The notes below the pieces were generated by a model. The model had not been told where the DNA came from and ran no database searches. It saw only the letters and a list, made by a program, of their open reading frames with translations. The position numbers and the translations under genes are program-made. Source: Lepidodermella squamata (taxonomy: Eukaryota > Animalia > Gastrotricha). From it: a stretch of DNA of 64,000 nucleotides. Where the stretch lies: positions 992,001 through 1,056,000 of the forward strand of contig JBLDXI010000023.1 in NCBI GenBank assembly GCA_047495785.1, in the 5' to 3' direction. Of the stretch, positions 58,397 through 64,000 are shown one piece after another (the stretch's first letter is position 1; every line of letters begins with the position of its first letter).

Positions 58397-59795
58397 TCAG
58401 AGATCATTGCAATCGTACTGTTGGGAACCATCCGGGCATTCGCATGTCATATAGAGACATCGCTTTGCCACCGCGCAATCGCAAATAGCTGAGGAAAATT
58501 CACAAACCCGATATGAAAGTAAAGTCAAGTTATACCCGCTTAATTCTACAACCTTTTACGCAATCGTCACCGGTTCTCCATTTGTCGAGACACGTGCAGG
58601 TGTTCGGTGCGGCGCAGTAAGCTGTTGTGGAGCAAATCACCGATCCGCAAATTTCTGGCCAAATATAAACAGGGTTCAATGGCGATTGAAATTAAAGGGT
58701 TCAGAACTCACGCCTGTTGCACGAAGCTCCAGTCCAACCGGCTTTGCAGGCGCACAGATTTATCCCGTAACACCTCCCATTTTTACACGAAGGATTACAA
58801 TAAGGCTTATCGACTGAAATCATAGGGTATAACAAGTTAATTTTAGATTAGTACAGAGCGCGTCTTACAAAATTGGTAAGTGCGAAGGTCCACCACTCTG
58901 GTAGGGCTCACATTCGCAGAATTGCCCCCATAAACTTGAATTATAGGCGGCTCCATTGTTGGATCGATCGCTACGAACCCTGGCGAGTCGATACCGCTAT
59001 AAATCGCCGTGCATTGGGTTGACGAGCAAATATCAACCGACAGCTTTGTCGCACGTCTAACCACAATGCCAATACTGATACGGCCCCTTGTAAGTTCCTT
59101 GCCAAAGCTCACTATATTCGTCGTGCCGAAGACTGTTCTTGTCGGGGACGAGAATAGGGTGAAGCGTTGAAAATAGCCGTTGTAATTCAAAACAAAGCCG
59201 GCGAAATTGTTGTTATCGATCGGCTTGAAAGAGCTAGAGGCAGCGTAGTTGAATGAAGAATTCGATACTAAGGATATCGAGTACGTGTCCAGGTAAGACC
59301 CAGGGACCCCATCGAGATTCAGCGTTACGTTGATTGAGAAATCAGCAAACAGGAAGTACTTTGAGGAGTGCAAAAATGTATAAAAATTTAATATTCGATT
59401 GCAGCTTACTTTTTTACTCGATAACGTTCCTTCGTTGGCGGCCTGATTGATCAGAACTATGTCGTTGTTTGGGCCGAGGGCGGGGAAAACCCTGTTACTG
59501 GCGTATATCCAGTTTTTTTCTGGTAAAAATAGCTTTCTTGTGTAAACCCCTAAGTAAGTTGAAATTGCGTTTACGATAATTTCCATCGTTTGGGTAGGAA
59601 TAATCGGGCGAAAACGTTCTTGGATCAGACATAGGCATTCCAATGGCTATTTTTAACGATTATTAGGTTCAAGTATACGGAGGAAAAGTAATTAACCTTG
59701 CGAGCAATCGGAACCTGTATATCGCGGCAGGCATGTGCAAGTATTGGTGGCGTTGTTGCAAAAGCCATTTCTCTGCAGGCATGCCGGAACACAAT
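58397..59795 (-). CDS. EGF / lectin-like beta-domain / 3xEGF protein (5' end unresolved)
   Basis: Exons 59795-59697 (CVPACLQRNGFCNNATNTCTCLPRYTGSDC), 59646-59575, 59519-59410, 59358-58869, 58813-58712 (CNPSCKNGRCYGINLCACKAGWTGASC), 58654-58553 and 58488-58397. The EGF exons are phase-1 bounded. Most of this gene is missed by the ORF track. Confidence 0.7.
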
Positions 59796-61539
59796 CTGTA
59801 AAACGAATTTCAGGTTTACCCGACTGTACCTGTGAAATATAAACGGGTCCTCCCTACCGGAACCATCAAATTTACGGTGAGCGGAACCACATTTTGGAAT
59901 TTTGTAATGGGTCACTTTTCGGATATTTCTTGGGTATCAAGCCCACAATTATTAGAAGACAAACAAATTCATCAAAATCTCCATGAAGATTACTTTTCAA
60001 TTCAGAACTCATGCTTCGCCTCAAACTAGTAGAATTATTCAAAAAGTGTCTCAAAAAGTACGGCAAAATGCAAATTAGGTCCGCTAGCTGTAAATTTGGT
60101 TCCGCAAACAAAAATTCTGAATATCAACCTCCAGACTACAGATTTCAGATAATTCCAGGGAAAATCTCGTCAAAATATTCAAGACGAAGAATGGCCAAGA
60201 AAGGATAACGAATATGAAGCCCTTTTCGAAAAAATTAGGGTTAATATTTTCTTAGTTGTCTTTAGCGAGTGTATCTTTTATCCAGGGACGCTTAATAAGC
60301 TTAGCTGATTGTTTCCCCTGGTGTCTTGCACTTAGCAATATAGATATAGTTCATAGCTTACTTGCGAAGCTAGCAGAGATGCATGTGAAGAAAAAGATAA
60401 ATCTTAATAATAATTCCATGATTACCAGCAAGTTTCAAATGAGGCATAAATGCGATGGCGCGTGTAGCTTAGGCTTCGCGACTGTGCATAACCAACTGTC
60501 AATTAAAGATTGGTGCAGTTTTTCCAGCCCCGATGTATTGGAGCGACGGCGACGATGTGTTAGAGGACTGTTTCCTTGGGATCCAGGCGGCACCGAATGT
60601 TTCGATCAACATCGATATCCCGTTGAGTTATACATTTGTTTCGCAAATAAATTCCGACTTATAACCCAGCTTTCATTCTATTTTACGTGTCAATCATCAC
60701 GTAAATCGCAAAAGAAAAATCAATCAGAAAAATCTAGCCTCACTGAGTTTTCCGGTTTTTGACTTGTTTTCAGGTAGCCTACCTCTTACTACGGAATTTC
60801 GTGAAGATCCAATGCTGGTTTCGATTTTTGAAAAGCTCGCCGTAGCTACGTCGAACTGTGACAGCACTGAAATAGCACTCGCCGTAGCTCCACCATAGCG
60901 TTACCTTAGTTGTGTTATTTTTTGTGCTACCATTTTTATATCATGTACGAGAAATGCCCAAATAATTGAACGGCGCGTGCCGGTTGTTTTCGAAGTTGAT
61001 CGTCCTGAAAAAATTGCTCAGTGCTATCACGTAAAAATACGACGTATTTAGCCTTAAAAGGGTGGGGCTTTCTTTTGACTGATTTTTACTGTTGTTAGTT
61101 TTTTAGGATTTACTTTGAAATTAGCGTTAAAACGCCGTGCCTTTTATGTAATGTTAAATGTAGCCGAAATTGAGGCAAAATAACAAAATAACCAAGTCCA
61201 CAGTGGAATGAAGTTCAAGTTATTCATAAACCAACAAAAACAAAAACATTCATGTGACAGCTGATGGCGTAGTGGGTGAGGTGCTTGCTTGTGTATTCAT
61301 AGTCGATGGTTTAAACATTTTTTATTTTTATGAGTTAATCAATTTAATCAATTGGTCGCATTGAAAGCAAGCATGGCAATTTCATTACCACTACCATAAT
61401 TAAAGGCAAAATCTACTCGCGTATTTCAAATGCAAAAATACTAAAAATTAAATAAGTCTAGCATCGCAGTCATTTTAGTTTTGAAAAAGATAATTATCAA
61501 GAAAGGCTGTTGATTACTACTCTTATTTGGGAACACTTT

Positions 61540-61830
61540 TTTCATCCGACCAATGTCTTTTTTTATCCGACCAATGTCTTATTTCATCCGACAACCAAAA
61601 ATGTGACTAAAACCTGCCGACTTGCTTTTTCATATTCTCAAAAAATTACAGTAAAAAGTGGCAACTCGGATCGCAATGTCGGTTCAGGGGCCAAAATAGG
61701 GTGCCTAAAAGTTGTACGCCCCTGTGGAAAAATCAAACTCGGGAAAATCGAGAAAATCGATAGTTCCATGTCGGATGATTTTAGTCACATTTTTGGTAGT
61801 CGGATAAAAAAAAGACATTGGTCGGATGAA
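61540..61830. repeat. Inverted/direct repeat element (catccgaccaatgtc motifs)
   Basis: Three direct copies at 61543-61592 and three inverted copies at 61770-61830. Confidence 0.6.
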
Positions 61831-62167
61831 TCCTCTTATGCTCATCTATTATGTCAAGTATGAGGCGCTGTGCGTGATCGCATGAAACAACTATGGTAGG
61901 AAATTAAAAAGTGGCTGAGCTATTACCTATTACAGACAATTTTGTTTAGCAGGGTTCAGCTCAAACTTCGACGGCAAATTTCTATCATAATTTTGTTCTC
62001 GAAAACTCGACAAGCGTAGGCTAATGCTCGATGCTCGTATCCTGCCGCGTAGTTCAAACAAGCTGAGGCAGCACGTGGTGGAGCCGATAAAAGCTGGCGG
62101 ATTTCGTTCAGTTTTCAATTCGCAGCATTTTTCCTAAAAGAATTAGTAGATCCCTTTTCCGTTGAAT

Positions 62168-63008
62168 ATGTTTTCGAAGCTCATTACTCTTTTCGCTGTA
62201 GTCGCCTCAGTTGGTGAGTGGATAATTGGTGTCATTTAATTGTTAGCATCTGACTACTTCCTTTCTTAATTAACAGGTGCGGTTCTCCCGCCCTTCGATT
62301 TCGACGAGGTGAAATACGCGTGCAACTCAGTCTACTCAACGCTTCAAGCCGTCGGCACAGTTGGCACCTGCAACAGCTACTGCTACCTGGCTGGCTCGAA
62401 ATGCCTCGGCTACGCTTACAGCGATACCACGAAAACTTGCCAGTTGAGTTCGCAGTGCGCTAAGACGAGCACCAGCGTTCCGAGCGGCTACAAGGTCTTC
62501 GCTAAGAATGCCAGTTAGTAAAGCTAAATGCACTACAAACTAGACAGGCGCGAATATATGGGAACAACTTGATGGGTTAAACAAATCGATGTTGTTCACC
62601 GTTGTTCACCGAAATTACGTCGAAAATAGGAGGTGAAAAACGGTGAAAAATGGTTCACGACAAAATCTTGGGGAAACATCGGCGAACAAATCAACATCGA
62701 TCTCACCCCATCGCTGTTCCCCTATCTTCATGCCGGTTTGGGATGGAAGGGATACGAAGCATCAATGTTACCTGTTATTTGCTTTTCTAGAGCTCAGCAA
62801 GTTCACCAAAGTCGACTACCAATGCAACGTTTACTACAAGCAGTACCAGACGCTCGACACGGCTGCGAAATGTGCTGACGCGTGCCTTGCCGATCCGAAA
62901 TGCCGCGGAATGGCCTTCGCGTCATTGGCTAGATGGTGCTATCTGTATTCGGCGTGCGACGCGAATGCTGAAAAGCCCTACAATGATCTCACCTTCTTCA
63001 AGCTGTAA
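62168..63008 (+). CDS. Small secreted protein with two PAN/apple-like domains (3 exons, 166 aa)
   Basis: Exons 62168-62213 (MFSKLITLFAVVASV), 62277-62513 and 62791-63008, phase-1 introns. CxxxC...C.G..Y/F...C.L pattern occurs twice. Confidence 0.8.
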
Positions 63009-63232
63009 TCAAAGCGGATGGATGATGAACAGCCCAGTTATTTCAGAGGATGAGTTTGTGTTATTGTTGTGCGGTTGAGTGAGAAGGTCTCATGGGCTCG
63101 TTAAAAGATTAATAAAATGAACCGCAATATATGTCATTCAAGAGCCTTGATGATTGGAAGCTTGTGAGGCGAACCTTTCACAATGATTCGTGCTAGAATA
63201 TATCGATAGCAACTTTGAATAACTCGGATTTA

Positions 63233-63363
63233 GGCCTGTTTACTTCCATTTCAAGGTGAAAGGCGACAAAAGTAAAAGTGCTTTGTTTTTGCCTCTTCAT
63301 TCACGTTGAAAAAAACCGCTTTTTACTTGTCACCCGTGACATTGAAACGGATGTAAACAAGCC
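63233..63363. mobile_element. PIF/Harbinger-like MITE
   Basis: TTA-ggcctgtttac...gtaaacaagcc-TAA, inside a longer inverted repeat. Confidence 0.6.
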
Positions 63364-64000
63364 TAAATCCGAGTTTTTCAACGCCGCTAACGATATCGGT
63401 AATTCATAGTTTCTAATTATAATGATCAAGCTTCATTTCTCAGATGGGAGTGTTCATAAGTTCAAAACCTTCGTCTTGAGGAAACTCTCTCTTCTACGGT
63501 GCCGCTTATATCTCAGCTGTTTCCGTCGCTATCTATGCTCAGTCCTACTTTTTCCGGTTCCATTTGCCTCCAGCGTGGTCTTGCTGTGGCCGCTCCTGTT
63601 GTTGATGTTGCCACTTGTTGATGTCCCCCCGTCCTGCCATATTGTCTGTCTTTCAACTCATCACGTGTCGCTGTACAACACTTCCAGTCGCTAAGAATTG
63701 GCCTCTAAATAGATCGGAATATGCTTGGCTTTTAACCCGAGGAGAAGGCGATGATGATGATGATGTCGTAGTAGAATTCGAATTCCTACTATTTATTATT
63801 AAGCTTTATTATTTCGAATGAGTGTTGGATTATTATTTTGGGCGCCGGCTTATATATGAGGCAGAATTTTATACCAGGCTGACTAACTTTTCGGGCTGTA
63901 CGGTAATCGGTAATAAAAACGCGCTAAACAGCTACAATAAGGGTTGTAGCATTGTAAGGATCATCAAAGGAGACTGATTTTTCGACCTTGTCGTCTTCAT

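Noticed and set aside
53558-58869. Splicing the 59-kb lectin exon into the channel gene as a third domain
   Set aside because: The join T|GA creates a stop, the channel gene has its own signal exon at 53666, and the 58869 donor fits the adjacent EGF exon.

Overview
AT-rich eukaryotic DNA, most likely from an invertebrate animal: short (mostly 50-60 nt) GT-AG introns, Cys-loop channel, class C GPCR, EGF and PAN genes. The species cannot be named from sequence alone. (1) 2.3-45 kb: the 12 large ankyrin ORFs in the track are really six tandem three-exon genes on the minus strand. Each has an unannotated signal-peptide exon and encodes a roughly 900-980 aa secreted ankyrin-repeat glycoprotein with hypervariable, aromatic-rich loops and patchwork similarity between paralogues. 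Between them lie nested DNA transposons and MITEs, a nearly intact LINE and a DD41D Tc1/mariner transposase. (2) 45.5-64 kb: a pepsin-family protease without a prosegment; a Cys-loop pseudogene fragment; a 10-exon gene that appears to fuse a signal peptide, two duplicated beta-rich (lectin-like) domains and a mucin stalk to an intronless Cys-loop channel (one frameshift at the join); an intronless GABA-B-like GPCR with two frameshifts; an EGF/lectin-like gene; and a small secreted double PAN/apple protein. The two best candidates for new biology are the diversified secreted ankyrin array and the lectin-mucin-Cys-loop channel fusion. All gene models were built by eye from splice sites and phases and have no transcript support.
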